NCBI GenBank assembly: GCA_002269645.1
Contig: NIVC01000369.1
Span: forward strand, 62,001-126,000
Length of the DNA: 64,000 nt
Direction of reading: 5' to 3'
From: Macrostomum lignano
Taxonomy: Eukaryota
Part shown: piece after piece, positions 9,849 to 21,572 of the stretch
Layout of the letters: every line of letters begins with the position of its first letter
Position numbering within the stretch: position 1 is the first letter of the stretch
Position numbers and translations under genes: made by a program
Notes under the pieces: generated by a model
Told to the model about the DNA's origin: nothing
Database searches by the model: none
The model's input: only the letters and a program-made list of their open reading frames with translations

Positions 9849-10909
9849 TTGAAACGAAAGGTGTGAGTAAGCGAATTTATAAATTATTTGTCAATGAAAC
9901 GTATGTAGCTGGTGAGTAAGTATTACAGAGTAGTAGGAGGTTGATAGTCCGCAGGGCGGGGCAAAGACCAATAGGCAGAAAACAAAATATAATTGAATGA
10001 GCACTACAACAAGGTCAGTGTGCTCTCTCACTCAGAACACACGGAGAACATGGCCTGCACCACTGTGTTGGAGTTGCGTATTAAGGGTGGGCGACTGGTT
10101 TTTTATGTACAAGGCTTCTAAGATCTTGAGCTTGTGATCAGATGGGCATTGATCGATGATTTTAAAGCGTTCTTCAGGTGTACAATTAGAGCAGCTTTTA
10201 CATTCCAAAAGGTGGGTTTGGATGGCCGACGGTTTGAGCCAGTGCTCCCTGGTTCTAGTGTGCAGGTGTCTTTTGGTCTTAGTGCAATAATAATATAATT
10301 GAATAAACCGTTTAACAGGTATTCCCTCAGGTTGGCTCAGAAATTTTCTGCTTGTGTTTTGACATGCTTGAAAGCAGTTTGTTTGCAAGTGTAACAGCCG
10401 CCTCATTATGTCTCTTTTGTGACTTTGTGACTTTAATTAACCACGTCTAATGCGAAGGAGAGGCGACTTTTCTATCACAAGCGCGTCACGTGACTTTTAG
10501 AATCGCAAAATAGCTTCTAAGATCTTGAGCTTGTGATCAGATGGGCATTGATCGATGATTTTAAAGCGTTCTTCAGGTGTACAATTAGAGCAGCTTTTAC
10601 ATTCCAAAAGGTGGGTTTGGATGGCCGACGGTTTGAGCCAGTGCTCCCTGGTTCTAGTGTGCAGGTGTCTTTTGGTCTTAGTGCAATAATAATATAATTG
10701 AATAAACCGTTTAACAGGTATTCCCTCAGGTTGGCTCAGAAATTTTCTGCTTGTGTTTTGACATGCTTGAAAGCAGTTTGTTTGCAAGTGTAACAGCCGC
10801 CTCATTATGTCTCTTTTGTGACTTTGTGACTTTAATTAACCACGTCTAATGCGAAGGAGAGGCGACTTTTCTATCACAAGCGCGTCACGTGACTTGTAGA
10901 ATCGCAAAA
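9800..10909 (-). mobile_element. 5'-truncated Penelope-like retroelement (GIY-YIG C-terminus, partial tandem duplication) in EMC8 intron 2
   Basis: 10032-~10290 encodes ..KTKRHLHTRTREH...SAIQTHLLECKSC...FKIIDQC....LKILEALYIKNQSPTLNTQ, the second half of a PLE GIY-YIG endonuclease. A 399-bp direct duplication (10114-10510 / 10513-10909) is present, plus the hammerhead-like motif. Confidence 0.85.
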
Positions 10910-11306
10910 GAGTTGCAAAAACATATTCCGAAAATCGTTGTGTTGGTGCTATGCTTTCTACTAAATCAGTAGGCTAGTTAGAGCGCTTCAAACATAACTC
11001 TGACTATTTTAATAAAACGCTTCAAAGTGACTCTCTTGGAAGACTCTTTAATGACTTTTTGGCGACTTTAACCATGACATTCCGTCGTTTTTTCCTTGTT
11101 TCCTAGAGTCACTTCTTTCTTATTTTATCTGTTTTACCTGCCTGCCACGACTTTGAAACGACTTTGGGTCAAGGGTGGGATTATGTGGCAGATATATTGT
11201 AGAAAGTAAATTAAAGCATTTTGCCGATATGTATCGTAGTTAATAAAATTTCACGCGATTTTATTTTTTCAAATTAAATCTCTAATAATAACAAACATTA
11301 AACCAG

Positions 11307-11669
11307 GCTAACGAGCTGCTTAACGACGCCTCACCTGAAGGTGTCGGCGCTCATATCTATCAGAAGATCGCTGAGAATAGCCCCCTGCCGAGAAGTCTGT
11401 ACATTCTAGTCGATAACAAAGCTATTGATCGGAAATGCTCCACAATTCCATTGATTTATTATCAACGTAAAGAAGCTGGACAAAGCCAGAAACTTGAACG
11501 ACTGCCTAATTCAGCTGTTGCTATTGACGACGAAGAAGATTGCTTAGAAACGCTGGCTAACCTGTTGGTGAGGCAGGCCTATCGAAGTCTGGTGGACTTT
11601 GACAATCATCTGGACGATATCGGATTGGATTGGACAAACTCTAGGCTGGCTGAGCAGATTCGCAACTGA
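11307..11669 (+). CDS. EMC8: EMC8/9 exon 3 of 3 (spliced protein 207 aa)
   Basis: CCAG|ANELLND...YRSLVDFDNHLDDIGLDWTNSRL...*. YQAN junction and the LVDFDNHLDD..DW.N C-terminal motif are typical of the family. Confidence 0.92.
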   Translation, partial: ANELLNDASPEGVGAHIYQKIAENSPLPRSLYILVDNKAIDRKCSTIPLIYYQRKEAGQSQKLERLPNSAVAIDDEEDCLETLANLLVRQAYRSLVDFDNHLDDIGLDWTNSRLAEQIRN

Positions 11670-11759
11670 TCTGCCAGCATACAGACTATCAATTTGGCGT
11701 TTGGTTTCCACTTTTTTAACATATTGATAGAGCAGTGGTGAAAATATTGATTGACCACT

Positions 11760-12745
11760 TAAACTGGCCCTAGAATCGCCCCATAAACTGGCCCTAGAAT
11801 CGCCCCAAAACTGGCCCTACAATCGCCCCTATAAACTGGCTCTAGAATCGCCCCATAAACTAGCCCTAGAATCGCCACATAAACTGGCTCTAGAATCGCC
11901 CCATAAACTGGCCCTAGAATCGCCACATAAACTGGCCCTAGAATCGCCCCGTAAACTGGCCCTAGAATCGCCACATAAACTGGCTCTAGAATCGCCCCAT
12001 AAACTGGCCCTAGAATCGCCCCATAAACTGGCCCTAGAATCGCCCCTAAAAACTGGCTCTAGAATCGCCCCATAAACTGGCCCTAGAATCGCCCCAAAAA
12101 CTGGCCATAGAATCGCCCCATAAACTGTCCCTAGAATCGCCCCTAAAAACTGGCCATAGAATCGCCCTAAAAACTGGCCATAGAATCGCCCTAAAAACTG
12201 GCCCTAGAATCGCCCCAAAAACTGGCCCTAGAATCGCCCCAAAAACTGGCCATAAAATCGCCCCTAAAAACTGGCCATAGAATCGCCCCAAAAACTGGCC
12301 ATAGAATCGCCCCAAAAACTGGCCATAGAATCGCCCCATAAACTGGCCATAGAATCGCCCCAAAAACTGGCCATAGAATCGCCCCATAAACTGGCTCTAG
12401 AATCGAACCAAACACTGGCCCTAGAATCGCCTCATATACTGGCCATAGAATCGCTCCATAACTAGAATCGCCCATAAAATGGCCCTAGAATCGCCTCATA
12501 AACTGTCCATAGAATCGCCCATAAACTGGCCCTAGAATCGCCTCATAAACTGGCCCTAGAATCGCCCCTTAAACTGGCCCTTGAATCGCCCATAAACTGG
12601 CCCTAGAATCGCCTCATAAACTGGCCCTAGAATCGCCCCTTAAACTGGCCCTAGAATCGCCTCATAAACTGGCCCTAGAATCGCCCCTTAAACTGGCCCT
12701 AGAATCGCCTCATAAACTGGCCCTAGAATCGCCCATAAAATGGCC
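11760..12745 (+). repeat. Minisatellite, 24-bp unit AAACTGGCCCTAGAATCGCCCCAT, ~41 copies
   Basis: Direct reading. Starts ~90 nt after the EMC8 stop. Confidence 0.95.
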
Positions 12746-13399
12746 CTTTTAAATTTTACTTTCCATTGAATAAGCTATGATGAACGATAAAATTAAATGT
12801 TGTGCATTGTTGTATTTTTGCTTTAGTCACTCACTGGTAGCGTGTTATTGTTGGCAAAAATTATTAAACAATTGCTTATTTATGTTTATTGTCATGATGT
12901 AAATCTTTAAAAACAGGTTTCAGAGTTGAGTTAATAGTACTGTGTTAAGAAATTTTATAAATTTTATTATTGCAAAATTCCTGTGCCATGAAGTTTGTAG
13001 CTTAATAATAATAATAATTTAAATTAATACTGACAATATTTATGTGAAATTATAAATATATTTCATAACATCATTATACTGTATATGCTGGGTCTTCCAT
13101 ACTTCCTACTAAAGTTTCATAGGAATTCTGGCGTTGATTACTCTTAATTGGCTATTTGTTGTACAAATTGAATTAAATTATTCACTTAAAGAACTTTAAA
13201 AAGTGCTATGGATTGTGAGTGAACTTTGAAATACTGTGCAATTAAAAAAATATGCTAATAGAATTAATATATAATGCTTCTATTGTTAAAACATTATTAA
13301 ATAATAAATATATAGAGGGTTATATGCTTGATATTTAGTCTGTGTGAATGCTTGGATAATGTCTTTATAAGTCTTTAATGTCCATTCTTTAATAATTAA

Positions 13400-14229
13400 T
13401 AGCTATTAGATTAGAATCCTAATTGAATAGCCTGACTATTAGCTAGTAGAATCCTACTTAAATAGCCTGAGTCTTAGCTTTTATAATCCTACTTAAATAG
13501 CCTAAGTAATTAGCTATTAGAATCCTAATTGAGTAGCCTAAGTATTCGCCATTAGAATCCTAATTGAATAGCCTGAGTATTAGCTATTAGAATCCTAATT
13601 AAATGGCCTGGCTCTAAGCTATTAGAATCCTAATTGAATAGCCTGAGTATTAGCTATTAGAATCCTAATTAAGTAGCCTGAGTATTAGCTATTAGAATCC
13701 TAATTAAGTAGTCTGAGTATTAGCTATTAGAATCCTAATTAAGTAGTCTGAGTATTAGCTATTAGAATCCTAATTAAGTAGCCTGAGTATTAGCTATTAG
13801 AATCCTAATTGAATAGCCTGAGTATTAGCTATTAGAATCCTAATTGAATAGCCTGAGTATTAGCTATTAGAATCCTAATTGAATAGCCTGAGTATTAGCT
13901 ATTAGAATCCTAATTAAGTAGTCTGAGTATTAGCTATTAGAATCCTAATTAAGTAGCCTGAGTATTAGCTATTAGAATCCTAATTAAGTAGCCTGAGTAT
14001 TAGCTATTAGAATCCTAATTAAGTAGCCTGAGTATTAGCTATTAGAATCCTAATTGAGTAGCCTGAGTATTAGCTATTAGAATCCTAATTGAGTAGCCTG
14101 AGTATTAGCTATTAGAATCCTAATTGAGTAGCCTGAGTATTAGCTATTAGAATCCTAATTGAATAGCCTGAGGATTAGCTATTAGAATCCTAATTGAGTA
14201 GCCTGAGTATTAGCTATTAGAATCCTAAT
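13400..14229 (+). repeat. Minisatellite, 35-bp unit ATTAGCTATTAGAATCCTAATTGAATAGCCTGAGT, ~24 copies
   Basis: Period 35 checked (GAGTAT at 13575 and 13645). Degenerate 5' end, homogeneous 3' end. Confidence 0.95.
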
Positions 14230-14261
14230 CCATTCATGAGCCTAATGACCTCGCAGCGGTC

Positions 14262-14810
14262 ATGAGCCAGGATTCTGCACCAGCTACATCATCGGCAACA
14301 GTTAGAAATGTAAATAATTCTAATAGAAGTTCGCGATGTTCTTCTCAGCAGCAGCAACAGCAGCAGAAAGCTGTGTTCTGTTGCTTTCAGCTGCCCGACA
14401 TTGTTCAACCGAGAACCCGCCTAGCTGTGGGCATCGCCTGCCTACTCGGAGTAGTCATTATCTGGGTCTTATCGTCTGAGCTGACCAGATTCATATTCGT
14501 ACAGCGGCACTTTAATAAGCCGTTTTTTACTACCTATTTCAAAACTGCGCTGTTCACTTTGTACTTGACTGGCTTTCTCTGTCTGCCTAATTGGCGACAC
14601 CTGTGCAGCAAAGGCGCCGCAGGCGGATGGGGCAGCGGGCCCAGCTTTAATCGGCGCGGACGGCAGCGAGACAGTCGCGGCGGGTACACCAGAGTTGGCG
14701 ACGAGGAAGACGCGTCAGATGCTGACGAAGTTGACGAAGGCGTTGCTGTTGATGGCGAAGATGAAGATGTGGATGATGGATTTGAGGATGAAGAAGGCAT
14801 ACCTGCGCTG
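14262..14810 (+). CDS. SLC35F5: Solute carrier family 35 member F5, exon 1 of 6
   Basis: RLAVGIACLLGVVIIWVLSSELTRFIF...FNKPFFTTYFKTALFTLYL.GFL..PNWR is the SLC35F5 N-terminal TM region. Donor GTAAGG at 14811, phase 0. Confidence 0.92.
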
Positions 14811-14924
14811 GTAAGGATGCTGGAATGTTGAGCACTCTGTGTTTTATTTTTTGGTTTTATTAATAGAAATAGAAATATAATATCTTCTAAAATTGCCCTA
14901 AATACTAAAATATAATCTTAAAAT

Positions 14925-15603
14925 AGCCTAGAATCGCCCCTTAAATAGGAATAGCCTAAAATCGCCCTTAAACTGCTTAAAGAATCGCTCTTCAACTGGC
15001 CCTAGAATCGCCATTAAACTGGTCCTAGAATCGCCCCTTAAACTGGTCCTAGAATCGCCTTTAAACTGGCCCTAGAATCACCCCTTAAACTGGTCCTAGA
15101 ATCGCCCCTTAAACTGGTCAGAGAATCGCCCCTTAAACTGGCCATAGAATCGCCCCTTAAACTGGTCAGAGAATCGCCCCTTAAACTGGTCCTAGAATCG
15201 CCCCTTAAACTGGCCCTAGAATCGCCCCTTAAACTGGCCCTAGAATCGCCCCTTAAACTGGCCATAGAATCGCCTCATAAACTGTCCATAGAATCGCCCC
15301 TTAAACTGGCCCTAGAATCGCCCCTTAAACTGGCCATAGAATCGCCTTAAACTGGCCCTAGAATCGCCCTTGAACTGGCAATAAAATCGCCCTTAAACTG
15401 GCACTAGAATCGCCCCATTAACTGGCTCTAGAATCGCCCCTTAAAGTGGGCCTAGAATCGCCCCTTAAAGTGGGCCTAGAATCGCCCCTTAAAGTGGGCC
15501 TAGAATCGCCCCTTAAAGTGGGCCTAGAATCGCCCCTTAAAGTGGGCCTAGAATCGCCCCTTAAAGTGGGCCTAGAATCGCCCCTTAAAGTGGGCCTAGA
15601 ATC
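14925..15603 (+). repeat. Minisatellite, 24-bp unit AAACTGGCCCTAGAATCGCCCCTT (same family as 11760-12745), ~28 copies, SLC35F5 intron 1
   Basis: Direct reading. The last ~7 units are the variant AAAGTGGGCCTAGAATCGCCCCTT. Confidence 0.95.
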
Positions 15604-16116
15604 TCCATTAATCCGTCTGTTTCGTCTTTTTTGTTAAAATGCGGCGCTAACACTCAACTTGCTTTCTAAAATTTGCACTTTATGTATTCTTTTTGTGACG
15701 AAAATCAGTTGACCATTTATTTCGGCACTGTTATTATAGAATTGCACTGCATCAGATGCGATACGCTTCAATGGGTAAGGTACTGCTAAAATATGGTCAT
15801 CTAGAAATTAAATAGTTTATTACAAAAATGGTACAATGCGGCTTTGTCTTATTTGAGTAAACTATTAAGATACCTACCTTGTATGGAATTTTCGAAACTG
15901 TTTCTTATTAAAAAATTACAAACTACAGCTGCATCATATTGTGATCCAATACGTCTGGTGTTTTTAAATTGTTATTGTTACTTCTAAGACGAACTAAGTA
16001 GATGACAAGGCATTTTACTCTCACCCTTGGCCTGTACAATCTGTTGAAGTTATTTGAAAGGTCTAAAAAGGTGCTTTCAGAGTTTTGTTTGAACTAAAAT
16101 AACTTTGCCATCACAG

Positions 16117-16243
16117 AGCGATCCTCGCTACGTGCCGGTACGTTTTGACTCGAGCAGCGACGCTGAGAGTGTGGCAAGTTTGAGCATCAACTCAGACTTG
16201 GATTCTGCTCGGCCGGAGCAGGAGGGAGCCGGCTCTGCTTTGA
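16117..16243 (+). CDS. SLC35F5: SLC35F5 exon 2 of 6
   Basis: CACAG|SDPRYVPVRFDSSSD... (cf. LS.P.YVPVKF in SLC35F5). Donor GTGAGT at 16244, phase 1. Confidence 0.85.
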
Positions 16244-16277
16244 GTGAGTGGCGATTTCTGTTTGTGATGTATCATCT

Positions 16278-16329
<52 letters not shown>

Positions 16330-16330
16330 C

Positions 16331-16361
<31 letters not shown>

Positions 16362-16362
16362 C

Positions 16363-16419
<57 letters not shown>

Positions 16420-16420
16420 C

Positions 16421-16497
<77 letters not shown>

Positions 16498-16498
16498 C

Positions 16499-16529
<31 letters not shown>

Positions 16530-16530
16530 C

Positions 16531-16587
<57 letters not shown>

Positions 16588-16588
16588 C

Positions 16589-16665
<77 letters not shown>

Positions 16666-16728
16666 TATTGATAGATAGACAGATAGATAGATAGATAGAT
16701 AGATAGATATATAGATAGATAGACAGAC

Positions 16729-16789
<61 letters not shown>

Positions 16790-17160
16790 TATAGATAGAT
16801 AGACAGATAGATACATACATACATACATAGATAGATAGATAGATAAGAAGATAGATAATAGATAGATTGTAGATAGATAAATTGATAGGTAGATAGTAGA
16901 TAGATGGTAGATAGGTTGATAGATAGATAGATAGATAGATAGATAAATAGATAGACAGATAGGTAGATAGATAGATAGATAGACAGACAGATAGGTAGAT
17001 AGATAGATAGACAGATAGTAGATAGATGGTAGATAGGTAGATAGATAGATAGTAGATGGATGGTAGATAGATAGATAGATGGATAGGTAGATAGATAGAT
17101 AGTAGATAGATGGTAGATAGGTAGACAGATACGGTCGTAGATAGACTGATTGATTGATTC
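16278..17160 (+). repeat. (GATA)n microsatellite, ~880 bp, decaying 3', SLC35F5 intron 2
   Basis: Direct reading, with GACA, CATA and GGTA variants. Confidence 0.97.
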
Positions 17161-18334
17161 AGAAGTATTGTGTTTGAAATTGCGTACTTCAATTTTTAGA
17201 AGAAATTCATTCGATCAACAGTGATCAGACTCGACCTGCGGTTACTTTGACAGGTATTGTAGCTATAGGCTTCTTAGTGTATAATGTTCAAATGAATTGA
17301 ACTTATCATCTTGTGTGTGTTTTTTTTAGTTGCCAGTGTTGAATAGGTGTTTTAATCCTTTAGTTTTTACTTTACTAAGCATCCATCGGTGTAGTTGGTG
17401 TGCATTAGTTTTAATTATAACTTGATGTTGTTTATTGACGTTTTTACTCCATTTACTAATTTACTCGTATTTCTACTAAAGCGCAGCTTTTTTACATCCT
17501 CCACTCCTCCATTCCTTTGAAAGAAAGGGACTCAATCCTTTGAAACTTTTTGCAGCTTGACGGTACGTGTGCCGTGATAAAGAAATTTCTCAATGCTAAA
17601 GTGCATTATACATTCGGGAAAATTGCTTTTTTGCGGCGAGGTAAAGCAGAATTTTCGAGAACAAATGCATTGAGTAATTTCTGATTTCTGATCAATCGGA
17701 CTTAAATTGCTTGTCCATTATAACACAGTATGACAGAACTTTATTGGAGACTTGTAATGACTGACTAAGAAATTGATTGCGTCATAACTGCTTCCTGTGG
17801 CTTTTACTCTAACAGACTTGATGTCGGAATTGAATTACAAGTGCTACAATTTATGTCGTCGATTGGATGAGAGCTAGCCCAGCTTTGAACTGAGGCAGAC
17901 ATAACGAAATTAATAAATGCAAGATAAATAAAAGAAACGTTATGTTAGCCATGACAAAATCGTCATGTCAACTATAAAGAAACCGTCATGGCAGTCATGT
18001 AAGAAGAGTCATGTCAAGCATAACCGTCACGCGAACCGTAAAAGAATCGTCATGTCAACCATAAAGACTCATGATGGAGTTGCTGAAATTCTGAGGCTCA
18101 CAGTGCGGACACTGCTAAGATGCCAAGGGTCAACGACACTGAAACATTTATAGTTTGTATTCATGAGTTAGGGTTAAGCCTTAAAGGGAGGCTTTGATTC
18201 CGGGGCTCAAGAGTGTTGATATATTTAGGCAAGATAGCTGGAATTCAGGCATGATGCTTTTTGCTTTACGCTCGTAAACATCATTTTACTTAAGAAACTA
18301 ACAATAACGAATCATTAAATACTCCCATCTGCAG

Positions 18335-18684
18335 TAACGGCAGCCACCCCAAGAGACGAGCAATCAGCTCTGCTAGGCTCGAATGCTCAAGCTCAAGCTG
18401 ACTCAACTAACAGTGCTCAATCTCCAAGCAGTTCAGATTTAAATGCTGATGGTAGTCATGGTAACAGCGGTCAATCCAGCGGCGGTGGCAATAGAGGCGT
18501 TCGATTCTCGCGACTGTCCGAGGTCAGGCAGTTAAGCGACAGTCACGCTCATGCCGCCAATATGGCCCGGCTATCCTATGTGGCTTATTTGAGAGCGATT
18601 GAGAGTGGTCGAGATCCTACTGGAAGATTCTATGGCGTGTCCGGAAGACGGCTGGCTCCCCTGTCTGTTATGGAAGTTGCTAAA
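18335..18684 (+). CDS. SLC35F5: SLC35F5 exon 3 of 6
   Basis: TGCAG| phase 1; contains GVRFSRLSEVRQLSDSHAHAANMARLSY...LSVMEVAK (cf. RVRFS...E.RQLP..HA..A...R.SY). Donor GTGGGT at 18685. Confidence 0.87.
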
Positions 18685-18782
18685 GTGGGTTTCTAGTGGT
18701 TTATGCTCGATTCTTAATCCTGTGCTAGCTTGTTTAGAGACAATAGCCAGTCATATACTCTGGGAAACAGGTTTTAAATATT

Positions 18783-19010
18783 CCAGCCAATCAGAGACCA
18801 CTGCAGGGTATAGAAAGACACACCAGCCAATCAGGGACCTCTAAAGGGTAGAGATTGAGACGCCAATCAACCAGAGACCTATAAATGGTAGAGATTAAGA
18901 CGCCAACCAACCAGAGACCTCTAAAGAGTAGAGATTAAGACGCCAACCAATCAGAGACCTCTAAAGAGTAGAGATTGAGACGCCAACCAATCAGAGGCTT
19001 CTAAAGGGTA
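18783..19010 (+). repeat. Minisatellite, 40-bp unit (CTAAAGAGTAGAGATTAAGACGCCAACCAATCAGAGACCT), ~5.5 copies, SLC35F5 intron 3
   Basis: Units start at 18841, 18881, 18921, 18961 and 19001. Confidence 0.9.
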
Positions 19011-19048
19011 AAGAGTAATTACTAATATATTCCGTTCTATCCCAACAG

Positions 19049-19418
19049 CTGGCTCTACTATTCTGCCTAGTCTGGTTCCTCGGCAACTGGAGCTATCAAG
19101 AGGCTCTGAATCGCAGTCCAGCCGGTGTAGTCAACGTCGTATCAACTTCGTCTTCCCTTTTCACCCTGATTCTATCATCAATGTTCCCGTCTGATGTTAG
19201 AGATAAATTTTCGCTTAGTAAGCTATTGGCAGTACTGCTGTGCTCCGCCGGAGTGGCCATGATTTCCTGGTCAGACTTGACCGTGTTTCACCAGCACAGT
19301 CACGTGCCCTGGGGCACCGCTTTTGCTCTGCTGGGCTCGCTATGCTATGCAATTTATTTGGTGATGCTTAAACGGAAGGCCAGATCGGAGACTGCGCTAT
19401 CGTTTCCCATGTTTTTTG
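19049..19418 (+). CDS. SLC35F5: SLC35F5 exon 4 of 6
   Basis: AACAG|LALLFCLVWFLGNWSYQEAL...VVNVVSTSSSLFTLILSSMFP...DKFSLSKLLAV...PMFFG|GTGAGA, phase 1. Confidence 0.95.
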
Positions 19419-19454
19419 GTGAGATTGGGTTGGGGAATCTGTGGCTTGAGATAG

Positions 19455-21207
19455 AGTTTGAGATACTGACTGAGAGAGGGGTGATATTAGATGGATAGTG
19501 AGACACTGACTGAGAGAGGGGTGGGATTAGATGGATAGTGAGACACTGACTGAGAGAGGGGTGAGATTAGATGGATAGTGAGACACTGACTGAGAGAGGG
19601 GTGAGATTAGATGGATAGTGAGACACTGACTGAGAGAGGGGTGAGATTAGATGGATAGTGAGACACTGACTGAGAGAGGGGTGAGATTAGATGGATAGTG
19701 AGACACTGACTGAGAGAGGGGTGATATTAGATGGATAGTGAGACACTGACTGAGAGAGGGGTGAGATTAGATGGATAGTGAGACACTGACTGAGAGAGGG
19801 GTGAGATTAGATGGATAGTGAGACACTGACTGAGAGAGGGGTGAGATTAGATGGATAGTGAGACACTGACTGAGAGAGGGGTGAGATTAGATGGATAGTG
19901 AGACACTGACTGAGAGAGGGGTGAGATTAGATGGATAGTGAGACACTGACTGAGAGAGGGGTGAGATTAGATGGATAGTGAGACACTGACTGAGAGAGGG
20001 GTGGGATTAGATGGATAGTGAGACACTGACTGAGAGAGGGGTGATATTAGATGGATAGTGAGACACTGACTGAGAGAGGGGTGAGATTAGATGGATAGTG
20101 AGACACTGACTGAGAGAGGGGTGAGATTAGATGGATAGTGAGACACTGACTGAGAGAGGGGTGAGATTAGATGGATAGTGAGACACTGACTGAGAGAGGG
20201 GTGAGATTAGATGGATAGTGAGACACTGACTGAGAGAGGGGTGAGATTAGATGGATAGTGAGACACTGACTGAGAGAGGGGTGAGATTAGATGGATAGTG
20301 AGACACTGACTGAGAGAAGGGTGAGATTAGATGGATAGTGAGACACTGACTGAGAGAGGGGTGAGATTAGATGGATAGTGAGACACTAACTGAGAGAAGG
20401 GTGAGATTAGATGGATAGTGAGACACTGACTGAGAGAGGGGTGAGATTAGATGGATAGTGAGACACTGACTGAGAGAGGGGTGAGATTAGATGGATAGTG
20501 AGACACTGACTGAGAGAAGGGTGAGATTAGATGGATAGTGAGACACTGACTGAGAGAGGGGTGAGATTAGATGGATAGTGAGACACTGACTGAGAGAAGG
20601 GTGAGATTAGATGGATAGTGAGACACTGACTGAGAGAGGGGTGAGATTAGATGGATAGTGAGACACTGACTGAGAGAAGGGTGAGATTAGATGGATAGTG
20701 AGACACTGACTGAGAGAGGGGTGAGATTAGATGGATAGTGAGACACTGACTGAGAGAAGGGTGAGATTAGATGGATAGTGAGACACTGACTGAGAGAGGG
20801 GTGAGATTAGATGGATAGTGAGACACTGACTGAGAGAAGGGTGAGATTAGATGGATAGTGAGACACTGACTGAGAGAGGGGTGAGATTAGATGGATAGTG
20901 AGACACTGACTGAGAGAGGGGTGAGATTAGATGGATAGTGAGACACTGACTGAGAGAGGGGTGAGATTAGATGGATAGTGAGACACTGACTGACAGAGGG
21001 GTGAGATTAGATGGATAGTGAGACACTGACTGAGAGAGGGGTGAGATTAGATGGATAGTGAGACACTGACTGAGAGAGGGGTGAGATTAGATGGATAGTG
21101 AGACACTGACTGAGAGAGGGGTGAGATTAGATGGATAGTGAGACACTGACTGAGAGAGGGGTGAGATTAGATGGATAGTGAGACACTGACTGAGAGAGGG
21201 GTGAGAT
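19455..21207 (+). repeat. Minisatellite, 40-bp unit GTGAGATTAGATGGATAGTGAGACACTGACTGAGAGAGGG, ~43 near-identical copies, SLC35F5 intron 4
   Basis: Direct reading. Confidence 0.97.
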
Positions 21208-21294
21208 TTAATTGATAGTCGTTCAAGTCGTTCTGATTGATAACACACGTGTCCAAATTGTGTTAATCCCTTATTGATAATAAACCTCTTACAG

Positions 21295-21545
21295 GTTTCG
21301 TCGGCCTGTTTAACGCACTGCTCCTGTGGCCCGGCTTCTTTGTGGTGCATTACACGAAAGTGGAATCGTTTCGGTTGCCTAACAATACAGACTGGGGCTT
21401 CCTGACCTTGAATGGGATTGTTGGAACCACCTTGTCTGAGCTGTTGTGGCTCTGGGGCTGCTTTCTGGCTACGAGTCTACTGGCTACTCTGTCTCTTAGT
21501 TTAACCATTCCACTGACTATGGCTGCGGACTTTCTTATCGATAAA
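21295..21545 (+). CDS. SLC35F5: SLC35F5 exon 5 of 6
   Basis: TACAG|GFVGLFNALLLWPGFFVVHYTKVESFRLP...NGIVGTTLSELLWLWGCFLATSLLATLSLSLTIPLTMAAD|GTGAGT, phase 0. Confidence 0.95.
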
Positions 21546-21572
21546 GTGAGTTCTGTTGGATTTTTGTAGCTA

